This document shows positions 28,101 through 43,100 of a DNA stretch of 64,000 bases, in pieces (positions within the stretch are counted from its first letter, which is position 1; every line of letters begins with the position of its first letter). The position numbers and the translations under genes were made by a program. A model generated the notes under the pieces. It was not told the DNA's origin. It was given only the letters and a program-made list of their open reading frames with translations, and made no database searches. The stretch is taken from NCBI RefSeq assembly GCF_964204645.1, contig NC_134025.1, positions 25,524,299 through 25,588,298 on the forward strand, in the 5' to 3' direction. Source of the stretch: Tubulanus polymorphus. Taxonomy: Eukaryota > Animalia > Nemertea.

Positions 28101-31100
28101 TGATTAAAACGTCACCAGGAAGGGTCACGTATCAATCCGCGCACACATACACATAACACTTTCCCTCGAGGCACTCTGCATCAACCGAAATTGAAAAACT
28201 CGAAAATATCTCGAATGATACCATTTTCGTTCATGAGCAGGGAAGAATTTTTTTTGCAAATCGCTTGATCATCGTGTAGATGAACCTACAGGTTTTCAAT
28301 GCATGCGCATGCAGCACGCCGCGTGATGATGAAGCCTATAAATGTGACTCTCGCGTTCAAAAAGCAACAGTCGGCGGCATCATAATAGAAAGTGATCGGC
28401 GCGGTAATTCGATCAAATTGATTAATTATCGAGAACTGATGTTTACGCGAGTATAAATGCCGTTTCGTATACATAAATGCATATCTGCATAATTTGGCTT
28501 CACGGTATTCTCTTAGAAGTGAAATGCAGATTTAAAACAATATCCTGTATCAGGAAATAAAACCGTTTATTCCACATCAAAGGACGTAATTCGTAGATGC
28601 ATAAATTAAGCAGAACTAATGTCGACGACGGAACGCTGCTCGCAAGTTTTCAATCTTAGGCTAAATTCATTTTACCGATCACCTACGCAAATGAGAAGAA
28701 GCCTTTGTCATGAATAGGTTAAGTAGGAGGGAACTGTCACTCGAGTTAATTCAATTATTTCAGCGAGCAAATCAAATGAAATCTGCCGCTTTTAAAATAT
28801 CGTCGATCATTGATTTGTCGTTTTTATTTTGCTCGTTTTCATACAGAGTCTCATCTCGAGGCAAGGCTCTTCAGAATGCGCTCGCTTCGATTAAGAACTA
28901 CGACCTCGGGTTCGAGCAGTTCGTGCGTTGGATCGCCGAAGTTGAGATGAAGCTCGCGGCCCTCGAAGACGAAGTCAAACGTCCGAGCATCATGGAAAAG
29001 GAGGACCGAGTGAAAATTCTGATGATTCGACAAAAGGTGAGTCCTTCGATTATCAATGTGCTACTACTATGCGTAGAAATAGGTATGTAATGACGGTGTT
29101 AGTTGAGAACCGATAGATCGGATTCCTGGAAAAGAGAAGCTGGCTGTTTAAATGGAGATATTTAGGAGTTTGATCGATAGGTCCGGTAATAGGTGTGTAA
29201 TGATACAATGCATTCGGGTATTGGTATTGTGGTTCATAGATTTAGAGCTATAAATGCTCGGGACATCGTTGTAGAGATAAACCAGCTCCCTGGTGATGGC
29301 AGCTTCGCTATCATCTCTTCCACTTGTTTGTTCCCGGTAAATGTAAATGCAGCAGTCACCGGCAAAATACACAGAAGGCTTCGGCACAAATTACACGAAG
29401 GCCCTTTGCTCGAGTTGCCACTATTTGTGGAATACAGATGTGATCTGTCGAGCTATGAGATACTTTTTAATCCAGTAATGGAGGCCTTGACTTTATCGCT
29501 TGACAGATCGAGAAATCGGACCTTTCGAGAAATGTATCAAGAAATCGGAAAGCGTTTGGCGTAGATTAAGAGTTTCGTGTAGGTAGAAAATGGGGGTGGA
29601 ATATGTGAATGATCTGCTGTATATGTCGTACATGATATTTATTACATCGCGTGGCACATTAATGAGTTTCATATTCACATTACACCTACGAGGTGAGTGC
29701 CACAACACGAAACTTATATTAACCGAGCTTGTACGGCTTTTCTGGTATGGAGTCGGTTTTGTGTAGTGCTTCGTCTAATTATGATGGACTGTATCTCTGA
29801 AAATAACTGACAACAATTGATAGTATGAAACTACGGCCTTTTTTCTCAATAGAATTGTTGTTACGTGCTACGTTTCGAATTCCAAGCTACAAAAAAAGTG
29901 GTACTAGTGTTCATACAGTATAGGTGGCGTTACTATACAGTACAGTGCATAAGATTATTCTTCGAAATCTAAATTAACGAAACCATACGGCGAATTTACA
30001 TGCAACTAGTGTTACTTATGTCTATCCCAATGTTTCAGTTGTTTAAGAATATCTGTAACATCTGTGTGAGATAATAGTTTTCCCAGTAATTGTGTCTCCT
30101 TATCCTCGCGTTATAAAATAATGAATCGACTGAAGTACTTCGATAGCTTGCATGACAACGGTGCAGTTTCACACAGTCCTGTATTCGTTACTGATATCTT
30201 GAATCTAGAAGAGATGATATGGTCAAGTCAAATCATTATGTATATATTGTTAACTATTGCTCATTGGTATATATTGTATAGGATGATATAGAAAATTTAG
30301 AATGAACATTTTTGTATTATATTATATACACTTAATCTGGATTAGTTGGGACCAATGAAATTGAATCGGTTCCAAAGAAATCTGCTAAAGATATCTGGAT
30401 TAGATCAAAATCCATATTAAAGTAGTTCATATTAAACAGCGTCTACTGTCAAAGTTGAATTTTAAACGTTGAAAAAAACACAATTTTGTAGAAAAGATCC
30501 AAATCTATGCATGCACATGCATGTAGTAAATTGTCCTAAACAAGGGGGAGCTGGTATTGACCCCATTTCTGTATAGGCTGGGGTGATGGATCCTGATCTT
30601 TATGGCTTCCCTGACTCCTCTTGGATAGTTTAAGCTTTATTTACTGATTTTCATGAAATTCCACATTCCATCAACCAATTAACTCACGAGTCCCAAGTCA
30701 AGGCTTTCTATATGCCATGGAATACAAAATTAAGATTTCTGATGTACATTTACCCCACTATATAAGATTCAATTAACTATTGGCATTAATCAATACCTGA
30801 TAACTACTCGGTTAATGATTCTTATGTATTTGCATGTGCGTCAATTAGACCGTTGACTAATCGTACATTAGAGCAATCACGTCTAGATTAGACCATATTT
30901 TTCTCCGTGTGTCTGACTGTCGACAGGATCTTTTGATGTATTCGCTTTCCGGTGGTATTACTAGCGCCGCGGCGGCAGCGATTCAGAGAGACCAGCGCCG
31001 AACATCAGTAATCAGTCGACTCGGTGGTTCTATGATATATAATCACACGGACAGTTTTGCCAGTTTTGCCGCGGGCAAAAAACTGACAAAACCGTGCTCC

Positions 31101-34100
31101 GTGCTCCGTCCGTCGTCGTCGGATTCCGGCGATCGCAACGTGGAATTTGTTTCCGAAATAATTATTTTGATGAATGGTTCGCCGTTAATCCGTGGGGATC
31201 AGCGTATGCTGTATTTTGCAGCATTTACTCGACGTTGTACGGTTTATAATTGATGGTCAGTAATCCGTACTTGTCAAACTTTCAACGGCGGGTGAACGTT
31301 GTTCGTTTCGCGTTGGGTATCGTTTAATAAGACGTCGACGACGATGAATTTTCGATCAGCTATCGATGTAACGAGGATTCGTCGCAAGGTTGCGACGAAT
31401 GTTTCATTTCGTGCGAGCGATTATCAATTATGACGCGTTTCATCGCGACTAACAAGTGGTTGCTAATGATTTAGAGGCGAATCCGTCGTTAATGGTTTTC
31501 ATCGCGATCATCGGAAAGAAAAGATTCAAATTCCAGAAATTGCTTTGAATTTCGCCGTAAGACGTACACGAAGACGTTCATTCCAAGAATTTCAAACCGT
31601 TTTATCGAATAAGTCTTTCGTGTATAATGTAACTGATTTGATGAATATGCTGGTGTTGAATGTTTTGCATCATTAATGATGTTTTGCGTGCGTTTGAGAG
31701 AAGATCGCATGCAACTCGGCAATTCGGAAAAGATTTGTAGACAATTTAATAAGATTACTACCCTTTCTTCGTCAGCGAACCAGAGCAAAATTGATCCATT
31801 TTATGTTTGTTTCTCCAACCTCATAATTTACAAACCATATTCAAGTGACACTGGTGCAGTACAGAGATGATTTAGAATGCCACTAAAACAGGGTGGCCAC
31901 TGACCTGGAAAACATAGAAAACTCAGGGAATCAGAAAAATCTATAAAGAAATCAGGGAAAACTTGATGAATTTGACCAATTATACAAAGACCCAGAAAAC
32001 TTGGGGAATTGGGATAACGCTTTTGATAAGTACGTGATTGAATGAAGTTTAACAATTTAAACCTAGAAATTTATCTGATTCACGCGGGGAATTTTGTGTT
32101 ATCACATGGAAAAATCAGGGGATTTGTAAATGAGCAGTAAGTGGCCATCCTGTAAAATCCCACCTGACAATAGCCCCTAGAGGCTGTCTAAAGGGTTTGT
32201 AGTGAGATTAACAGATTCTGAAATATGCTTACTTTTAGAAAAATTTAGGATAGGCCCTGATTAGTGTTTACTTTTCCGAAATGTACTTCCTTTTTCGACT
32301 CAATGTCATCACAGGAAATTTCTACTCGCAGATTTTATAGCGCTCTATTGTGTGTTTCCGGTTACAACTTAATCAAAATATAAAGTGGTTGTTTCTTTCG
32401 AAATGAATTTTAGATTTGAAGGCATTTTCCTATTTCATGGCCCAATCATTGATTTAGCTACAAATCCTGTAAAACATTGAACGTTTGCATTTTCATTCAA
32501 ATTCAAATTCAAATTCATGCAACAGATTGATTAACATCTACATTTACATGTATATTGTTTTCATCACATTTTTCTTTAACCTCAATTTGGCCAGACTGTA
32601 ATGTCTAACATATCGGAAAGACATCGTCATAATGAACAAGAAATATAATCTCGAATTTGATGGAAATAACATTTTCTTTCGTCATAGAATAGCTGATTGA
32701 TCTGAGTTGATGAGATATGTGTCAAGCGATCGATCGAGAGGTTATAAGTGCAGCCCTAATTCTAATTAAATTCGACTGACTTCTGCAGTTTATTCCTCCA
32801 TCAATCATTCTCGAAGGCTTAAAGCACCGATGATGATACCCCGGCAGGATGTGCGGACAACACAAAATCATCACCTATATCATTGTCAGAATTTTCTATT
32901 ACTCAATACATAGATGTTTTCACATGTAACCTGCTCAGTGTGATGTTGGAGTGATTACTACGAGATCTACATTTTATATCTCATTTCTTTTTATCCTGAT
33001 AATAACTTGTTTTGCATATGTTTTGCTTGTATCGTATTTCTTCGGCGGGTCTCGACGGGAGATTCAAGTCTCCCGAAGAAATGATTATTCTCTCGAAGCG
33101 GAAGGATTTTGTAAGTTTGTATAAGCGCCATGTTAAAAGCAGTCGGAAGATTATATTCTGAAGCTCAGTTGTTCGGGTTTTCTTAGTCATACAGTCACCG
33201 GGGGTTAATTCGTGGCTCCGGAAAAGAAAAGCGTACCAACTTTTTTATGTTCGGCCATATTTATTATCATCCAGCTTTATATTCTTTGCCTTGTCGGTAT
33301 ATTAATGCGAGAATCATGAAGACTACTAAGAACTGATCCATGCGCCCAATTAGTTCTCGTTTCGCCCGGATCGCGAAAGCCACTTTTGACTCGTAAATTC
33401 ATTAAGCCTTAATTCTCATTTGCGGATCTCTTTCATTAGAATTAATTTGACTCGGAACCAAACTGTCTCCGAGATACCAACGGGATTAATGTATCTGTCA
33501 TAGTCGGAGATCATACAAATTCCGCATTATGTGATCTTCCTCCTTCGGAAAAAAATGTGTGAAAATCAAGCTACCATCACTGATTGACTACAGAACGAAC
33601 AACCCGGGTAATGCGCAACTTCCTAACAGCTGGTTCGTTGTAGTAATGGCTCGCATTCTTCGCAAATTAGCCTGACAAAAAAATCCGGCGTTTATTCGTT
33701 TTAAAAGCCACGAGTCTTAAGAAAACGCCGGTCTTTCACCGTGTTTGATATTGTAAGGTGTGGATAGAGCGAAACTGATTGATTCTTGCAGAGAACGGCT
33801 GCTAGACGCATGTGCATAGGTGTAGCTCATATCCAGGCAGTGCGTGCTTGTATAGAGCGTACCGGTATTGGTGCGATGGAATAGCTAGCGTCGTGGGTAC
33901 GACATCAGCGCTCGCTCGAAACATGGGTGCAATAGATTTGGTGTGTTGGGGGCTGTAGCTAATGCCAAAACGACCATAATAGCTTCTATTGAGTACTCGG
34001 AGGCTATGATAGGCCTTAATATCCGCCTGCAAGAAATGATCACAAAACTGATGAAGGTGAGTGTAGTCGCCATGTGTGTGTGTGTGTACCTGTTAATTAT

Positions 34101-37100
34101 TGACTAACGATGAAAAATATGCTTGTTTCCATTCACGTTTTTTTTTTCATTATCAAAATATCATCATCGACCGACAGCTCGACAGCGTTGGCTGCCGCAT
34201 GCGTCTTGCGTGTCGTATATATTATTTATCAATTTATCAGTTGTGTTGGTTTTTATCGTAGATATACTTTTTTTTACAAAAATTTGTCACTCACACACAC
34301 ACACACACGCCGGAGACATTCGGTTCATTATTCATACAGGCGTGACTGTATTACGATTGAAAATATTTTTGTCACCCATTTTTAATACCGATCGATATAT
34401 ACACAGTTTATGTATCAGTCGATGTTCCTGAATCCATGCGTTTTTACAATCGATGGTCTTCGTTTATGAGAGAGCTCATAGAGAGCTCACAGAGCTCAGC
34501 TCGTCGTGTGTGTCTCTCGCCAAGAAGGCATTAATCATTCATTGTCAATTACATAACTACACAGTCAACGTAAACTTTTTTCCCAGTCCGATGATCACAA
34601 GTCGATTTTATATACTCAAATCATTGGCACACTTGTGATAGATGAATAGATTAATAAGCTCTTACATACAACAGTGGTCGGACCAGTCCTTCCTGTACGC
34701 GCGTGGATGTTGTTGGCAAGGAAAATTGGTTGCCATAGGTAACGAGAATCTTTCTTACATTTGAACCCGATTGTCGTTAGCTAGGAGCATCTCATGGCTG
34801 TGTAATTTGAAATATAACCACCATCTTATCACACAGCGTGTCTGTGTGTGTCTCTGTGTGACATATTCGAGATAAAAGACTTCTTCTTTGGTTTAAGTTG
34901 TTAAATGTCACACGGTTGTCGCATAGCTTCATTTCTTATTAAGCACGAGAAAAGATCAGCAATTTGGCTAAGGAGTGTTTAGGTCGAATGTTCTAGTTGT
35001 CGGTAGAGTTGCTTCAAATAAGCCCGGAATAATCAAGCTAATCGTGATTCTAAGCTTGTAGTTCAGAAATGAATGTTTAAACTCAAAAATGTGGTTTTCA
35101 TGGTTGTCTTATGAATAAAGAAGAATGGTTGATTTATTTATGGTAAGTGATACATATGGGCTACTGCTGCTGCTTTGAAGAATTCTATTCAACAAATTTC
35201 AAATGTTGACAATTACCACGGTCACAGAAAACTGTACTTTAAACAAGTCGCGATGTCATTGAGGTTGTTTCATCTTGGCGTTGCTTTTTTCGCAATCAAA
35301 TATTTCCGCATTGTAGAAAAAAAGGCTGAGTAATGAAACGCGGCTTTCATCATTGGGGCTTGCTTTTTACGAGTAAATGATTCAGACTTCGCCCTGGGCA
35401 AATATTGGAAATCAACTGATGTAACTGATAAGAGACCGGCTGCACGTGAAAACTGGAATTATCCGCTTTTAATTGCTGTTAACGTTTTCTTAAGGTTTTT
35501 GCCATCGGACGGATGAATCATACTAATCACGAAACAATTCCGCGTTTCTTGTTGAATAGTCGTGACGTGAGATTGCAGCTTCAGGTGCAGGTTCACGAGG
35601 AAACTCAGCCGTTTAATGCTGCCCAATTTCACTGATTCGCTACTCTTTAACGCGCACTCGCCCGATCCTGCAATTCTATTACTTTTTAACGAACAAAAAC
35701 CGTGTCAAATACTCAACTAATGATGAAGTTTCATTTTCCGATTGAATTTGGAATTGAATCACGTTTCATTTTCACATAATGATGAAGTTATCTCAAAGCT
35801 TTTTTACAAAATATATGTTTTTTTTTTAATAACAGTGTGTACTCGTAAATATCTTTGAATGAAAAGGGTTTTTTGAGCATAGTTAAAAAAGACTCTGCCT
35901 ATGGTTGGTTACAAGTAGGCAAATTATTCCACAAACAGGATGGCCACTGACCTGGAAAACTCCTGGGAATTTTGATATGTTATTGACCACGCATTTCTAT
36001 TTCTTAATCAATATGTGATTCATAGCAGTTGAATAAATTGCAACATTTTAAACCAAGAAATCCCTAGATTTGCTCGAGGAGTTTTGTGTTATAACATGGA
36101 AAATCCGGGAAAACGCAGGGAATTTGTAAATTGGTGAAAAGTGGCCACCCTGAAAACGAGGTGTCGAGACAGAAAAAGATTTTGAACCATATAACTGTGC
36201 TTGCCTTGTCTGGTGCTGGTTGGGTCTCCGCTATTCTAAATAATTGAATTTTGATGTAATTTACTGATACAGCGCTCTGCATCCGACAAAGAAATGGGAA
36301 AAATTCCTGAGCTGAGACAGTGACGACAACCAACGCGTGAGTCGGGGTTTGTCAAAACGCTGTTGTCAGACGCGTTACAACATGTCGTCGTCGTCGCGGT
36401 TCTTAAAGTTATCCATCCTTAAACGAAACCGCGGCAGACGAATTGATTTTGTTGTCACCGGTCAATAATCTCCGTGTCACCGGCGCCCGACGTTATAAAG
36501 TGTTTAATGATGGAAATCCACGGTTCAGATTTTCGCTCTCCTCTCACTTACGTCGTCGGTTTTATGAGTGAAGTAAATTCGGGCTGTGTTTCGTGTATTA
36601 TTCGATATGTCGCGCTGATCGTTTGAAAGCAGCCGACGAGAAAAAACGTTTTGTTTCCATTAAATATTAAAAATTGTTTTTCCTGCAGGAAGTATTTGCC
36701 GATGAAAATCGATAGGCGCACGTCCTGTTTTGAATAGCGAGTTCATAAACAAAACATAAGGGAAAAAAATTCTGGTACTTTCCAGAAGAATATTAATTTA
36801 TTTATTATACGGTCTTATTTCCCTAATCCGTTCTTTGTCTCGAGTATGCTAAGTAGCTGAAAGTAATCCAGATGGTTTCAGCCAACTATTTCTTCAAGGC
36901 AACCAGTGAGCTGAAGTGAACTAGTGGTATATCCAACCGATATGGATTTACCATTGCACCTGGCACGAGGCTGTGGAAAAGTGGAAAACTTTGTTAGCAA
37001 CGTCATCTGTTTTCAATCCTTTGTATCCACCTTCCCGAACACTATAGACTGTTTTTGAAAATCCATGTATTTCGTGTAACATTGTTTTTGAGCAAAATTG

Positions 37101-40100
37101 TACAAATCAAAAAACAAGTTTTTTTCATCGCTCTTGCTGTTGTGTTAGTTTGATAACATCTTGCAATAGAAGATCATCAATTTATTGTCTGGAAATGGAC
37201 ATGTTTGTTTCATGGTTGTTTCTGTTTTCATGTATTGTAGGATCTTGCGGCAGAGATTGAGGCCCATGATCAAGCCTTTGAGTCGCTCAATAAACAGGGT
37301 CGTCAACTCCAAATGAAAGAAGACAGTACATTCCTGAAACGAAGATTGGATGAAATGAATCATCGCTGGATGAACCTACGCACCAAATCTATTGAAATAA
37401 GGTGAGATTATGATGATGACTGAAACAAAAAACTGCCTTCGAATTGGAGAATTGGGATTAATATGTTCAACACGGTGCATCTGTTAGCTGATACCATTGT
37501 GATTAGACCACTTGTTCTGAAGTTGCTGACACAATCTGCGGTCGCTTATCGACTTATTCGTCCCCCAAGATCTGATGGAGATCTGGTGTCATTTCATCAA
37601 TGATGTAGAAGATTGATTGATGAACTGTTGTCAATACTAAGATCTTGAAATATTTATTGTCACAGGAAATTCGTACAAGTTTATGGCTTGTCAGAAGCGC
37701 GGTTTGAATATGACCTGGCACAATTAGTGGCGCTTTCGGAAAAGAACGATCAATACTGCTAGCAAACCATCGATGAAACACTATATCAGTGTTGTAACGA
37801 TATAACGATAAGAATCCCTCAATAATAACGCAAAGATAATATTAAGTTTAAAAATTTTTCCTTTAGCTAGTAGTTTTTATTGGACGTTTCGACTATATTC
37901 TAATAGTCGTCATCAGGAATACTGAGATACAACAGAAATTATGAAATATACATACAATCCAGAACCAAAATGCTAATCAGAAACCTTCTGATAACTTGAT
38001 TAATCTCTTTGTTCCGGACATTTTCGGACTTGATATTATTTTTTTGTTATTATTGTGTGATTCCCTACTCGATACTTCTATTTGGCTTTAGAATCGAGAT
38101 TTTGCAGATTTGACGACCGAAAGCTTCATTTCGTTTTCGTCGATTGCTAGTGGTTTCAGCGAAAGTTTCCGCGGAAATGAATTAATTCTTGCAATCAAAA
38201 CCGACAATTGTAAGCTGTCGTATACAAATTACTTGAGGAGAAATCGTTAAAGTAAACGACTATAAAAGAGCACTAAATCAGTGAAATGAGAACCGACGAT
38301 GTTGCTCTATGAGTTGAATCAAGTCTGAATGATTTCTTATACATGCAGATTACTCCTTGTTGATCGTCGTTCATTTTTACCAATTATAATTGTGTTCTTT
38401 GTAACCGGTTACCGAAGGAGGTTCATAAGCGTGAATGCTGTCGCGACTATTTTACGGGATGGGTATTTAAGTGCTTTCGCTGTGTCAACTGTTTAAGGTT
38501 TTGATGGATTGGTGTGGTGATATTAGATTAGAGGAAATGCTTTCTTTGATGCTTCAGTTAGTGGATAAGCCCGCGTTTCATCGGGAAAAGACGGTCACTG
38601 GAAATCTATCTAATGGTTAATTCATCATACCACCCCAGAGACTTACATAACGTCGGTTTTTTCAAAATTCTTTTCAAAATTTGATCTAAACTGAGAATTG
38701 AAATTCAAAACGGTCTCCTGATTTTGTTTTGATTCTTTGTACATGTTTTCTGTGATGATGTACTGACGCAGATTGCGTTTCCTATGAATCCTGTTTGAAA
38801 CAGAACACTCTTCAGAGTTCGTCTCTTTCTATTTGATACCTACCCCCAGTGGCAGTACTGTTCTTGCAGCGACCTTTTACACGCCAGTGGCTTTTGGTTA
38901 CCCTGTACTTCAAAGCTTTTATTTGTACAATTATCTATGGTAGCTGATGGTTGGTGTTTGCTCAATTTTCAGGAGTAGGCTACAGACGAACGCTGAGCAG
39001 TGGACGCAGCTTTTGAAAACGCTGAAAGAGATAATAGAATGGCTGCTACAGAAGGAAGAAGATTTGCAACAACAGCAGCCAATAGCGGGAGACTTGAATT
39101 CTGTCTATAAGCAGAATGAAGACCACAAGGTACGGTATATTGAAGATTGTTTACTGTTCTGGTGCAAATATGCCGGAACTTGGCTAATAATACGCACTGA
39201 ACATTATGAGATACTTATAAAGTGCGTCAAATAATCCCTTAATGGAGCAAGCAATGTCATAAGAGGGCTCTGTCTGGCCGAAAGTCGCCTAACATGAGTA
39301 TTACCCACATAATAGTTGCTGTTATATATATATGCGAGGAGACTTCTCGCATTTAGCTTTAGGGAAATTTCGCTGTTCTTACATACTTCAATATTGTTTT
39401 TAAGCGAAATGTTATTGTATCAATGAGTATTTAGTATTATAGACGTTGGATCTATTTTTTTCCAGGCGATCAAACTGTCTCTGGAAGCGAAACGTGTTCT
39501 CGTGGAACATACACTCGAAACGGGTCGAATGTATCTGCTCGACGAAAAAGAAGATAAAAGAGCAAGTTCAGACAGTGGAGAGGGGAGTCAGTCGGGTAAG
39601 GCCATATCTACGCAACCCTCTAGGCTGTAATGTATTGACTGTAAATGAGCTGTGTTTGATTGATCGAGTCATTTCGCAATCTCATTACACGACTAGTTCT
39701 TCTTGAGGACTTTGTATTGGTTTAATTATTTCTTGATTTGTGCTGTTTTTGATTCTCATGTCGTCGTATGATGCCATCAATCCTCGTAATACGATCTAGT
39801 TGACATTTCGGTTACTTAACTGTAACCAAATAACCTTTAGTTTATTCAAGAAGAATTCCAATATTGTTTCGCATTTACCTTCACGTTTGAATATTGTAGA
39901 ATCAGAAATGGCTCCCATCGAACTAACGCCGGAACAAGAAGCGCGACATATCATTCGAAAAATCCGACATCACGTCCGTTTGTTAAACAGAAAATGGGCA
40001 GAAGTGCATCAGAAATCAAATGAATGGCAAGCTAGAATTGATAGAAATATTCAGGTTTGTAAACTAAGTAAAGTACATGTATCTGCATGTCTTTTTTGTT

Positions 40101-43100
40101 AAAATTTGTAGCTTGATATAAAATATTGATCAAGTTCAATCACTTAATGGATTAAACTCTTGACATTTTCATCTCCGCGTTGAATATGGATTTTTTCGCA
40201 TTCCTCATTCACCAGCAATTTGGTATGCTCGAAGATGCTCTTGAACATCTCAGCGTTGATGTCACATCTGCCGAAAAAGACCGAAATAAGTGGAAACCAG
40301 TTGGTGAAATAGTGATACAAAATCTACACGACGAAATTAAACGAACAAAGGTAAATTTTTTCGAGCAGTGTGAATGAATCCAATGACCCCTAGCGCTGAT
40401 AAGAATTGTGCTTGTGTTTTGATTCATGAAATCAATTGCCGTGTCTTAACAAAATGATTGTTCAGATTACTTTGGCCATCTCAAAATTCCATAAGATGGT
40501 TGATTATTTCGATACAAATGAGATATGTTTATCCAAGGTAAAACTGCTGCGTCGAACAACTTAAGATGCTTTACACATTTACAATGAAGTCATTTCATTG
40601 AGACCAGCTATAACAGAGAATTCTTTCCAACACTCAACACTTCAGTATGTTTCTATATTGCAGAGCTTCCAACAAAAATTTGTTCCTTTGCAAACGCAGG
40701 TTGACCATGTCAATAATCTAGCCAACGAATTCCAAAATAACCATATAGTATTATCGCATATAAATGTGAATAAACTAGAAGATCTGAACAGTAGGTAAGT
40801 AGTTAAGCCGCCTGCACAATCTATTTTCATTCCATTCGTATGAACTTGACCAAAATAATCCTCCATCTGTTGTACTTTCTTCTAGGTGGCGAACTCTTAC
40901 AGTAGATATAGACAATAGATTAAAAGAATTGAATAATGCCTTGAAAGATTTTGGACCAGAATCTCAGCATTTGTTATCAGGTTAGTTCGTCTCGATTGAC
41001 TTCTGCTCATTTCGACTCGACAAAGTTCAAATAGTCTTAGCCCATTAATGAATAAGTCATTAGGAAGTGTAATAAGGTAATCTGAGATGTCAATGATTGG
41101 ATGTAGTCTTCTTCGGTTTCAGCATCTGTTGATCATCCTTGGGAAAGAGCCATTGCGGGGAACAAAGTGCCTTATTACATCAAGTAAGCCTCCAAATTAG
41201 TGCCATCGAAAATGTAATTGAAACTCTCATGAATAAATAGTTCCTCCCTTTTGTCTGAGGGTTTCTGACACCGTTATTCGTCAGGTGGTTTCAAGTTTTT
41301 GATCTGCCTTGATATTTTGTATTTTTGGAATAAGAAATTAAATCTGTGACTATTTCTAGACATTATGTTAATGTTACTTGTTATCGAAGTACATGTATAG
41401 TCTTAGTGTATTCATATTGATTGTCAAATTTGTTGAATCAATGTGGCTTTAAGATACAATTAAGTATAATGTAACCATTTATGTCTATGAATATTTTTAA
41501 GCTACTGCCGCGAAAATGTCATATTTTGGTACAGTTCTCTCACACAAGAGGGCAGCATGTCTTTATCAGAATCGATATTCTAATGATATGTATGCTCTTT
41601 TACAGTCATACTACAGAAACTACTCATTGGGATCATCCATTATTTACTGAGTTAATGAGTGCCATTTGTAAGTAGAATTTAGAAGCCATCAAAAGTAGCA
41701 CGAACGAATTCGAGTTGTTGTATCAAAGCCATTATGAACATCGCATAATAGTGAATCATTTTTTCAATTTTGAATTTTCCAGCTGAGTTAAATGGTGTGA
41801 GATTTTCTGCTTATCGAACTGCCATGAAACTCAGGACTTTACAGAAAAAAATCTGCTGTGAGTTGTCGTAATCAGTCACCGCTCCCTGTTAATTTAATCG
41901 GGTCATGTTTATGATGTATGACTTTGTATATAATTGCAGTACACTTGGTTGGCATGAATGTGGCAATAGATAGTTTCCAATCTCACGGACTTCGTGCCCA
42001 GAATGATAAACTTATGGACATTATCGAGATGATGAATTGCTGTGTAACGATGTTCGAAAAAATCGGTCCCGAACATCCAGACTTGATAAACATACCTTTA
42101 TGTACTGATTTGGTGCTAAATTGGCTACTCAATGTATATGACACGTAAGTTATGTTACGTCAGTTCTTAAGATACCTAGTGAATCACAAGTCAAACCATT
42201 CCAACTAGATATTCTTAGTTATTTTCAAACTTATTAAAATGTTCAATTAATTCGATTTAAACAAAAAATTCTGTAAATCCAACCGCTGATCACACAACTA
42301 TATCTGTATTTTGATTTCTGATTTCAAATTCAAACCCACTGTTTTGCTCCCGGCTGGTGTGGTGGGTTTGTAATGGACACCAAATCAATACAAATCAAAC
42401 CAAATCTACCAATCAAACCAAATCTACCGATCAAATGAATAACAGGGACAATCCCTATTTCAAGATCAAAAATAGATGAATTGATGTAGATGTATTAAAT
42501 TTTCAGTGTACGTACTGGTCGAATAAGAGTATTATCTTTTAAAGTCGGAATCATTCTTTTATGTAAAGCGCATTTAGAGGATAAGTTTAGATGTAAGTAT
42601 ATCGATGTATTACGCCAGTTCGTAGTCGCTGTGCTCGGCATCAAACAACAAGTATATCAATCCTTTTTCAATTCAGTTATATTTCGACTAATTGCTGATG
42701 CTAATGGATTTGTGGATCAGAGACGATTAGCTCTGTTATTACATGATTGTATACAAATCCCGCGACAACTCGGAGAAATAGCTGCATTCGGAGGCAGTAA
42801 CATCGAACCGAGTGTACGGAGCTGTTTTGAGAAGGTATCCGTATTGTTTCTAACTTTTTGAGGAAAGAACAATTACTATCTAATGCTGTACTATTTAATA
42901 TATGTGAAATCAACTGGCTGATTTCAGGCACATGCCCGTGGACGAACTGATATTCAAGCGTCTGATTTCTTGGATTGGTTGAAAATGGAACCGCAGTCGA
43001 TGGTCTGGTTACCAGTGTTACATAGAATGGCTGCTGCTGAAACTGCTAAACATCAGTCAAAGTGCAATATTTGTAAAACCTGTCCAATCATCGGTATGAG

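Noticed and set aside
41184-41605. Dp71-like first exon in the intron-62 equivalent
   Set aside because: Short AT-rich intron with no ATG-plus-donor pair that I could find in the required phase.
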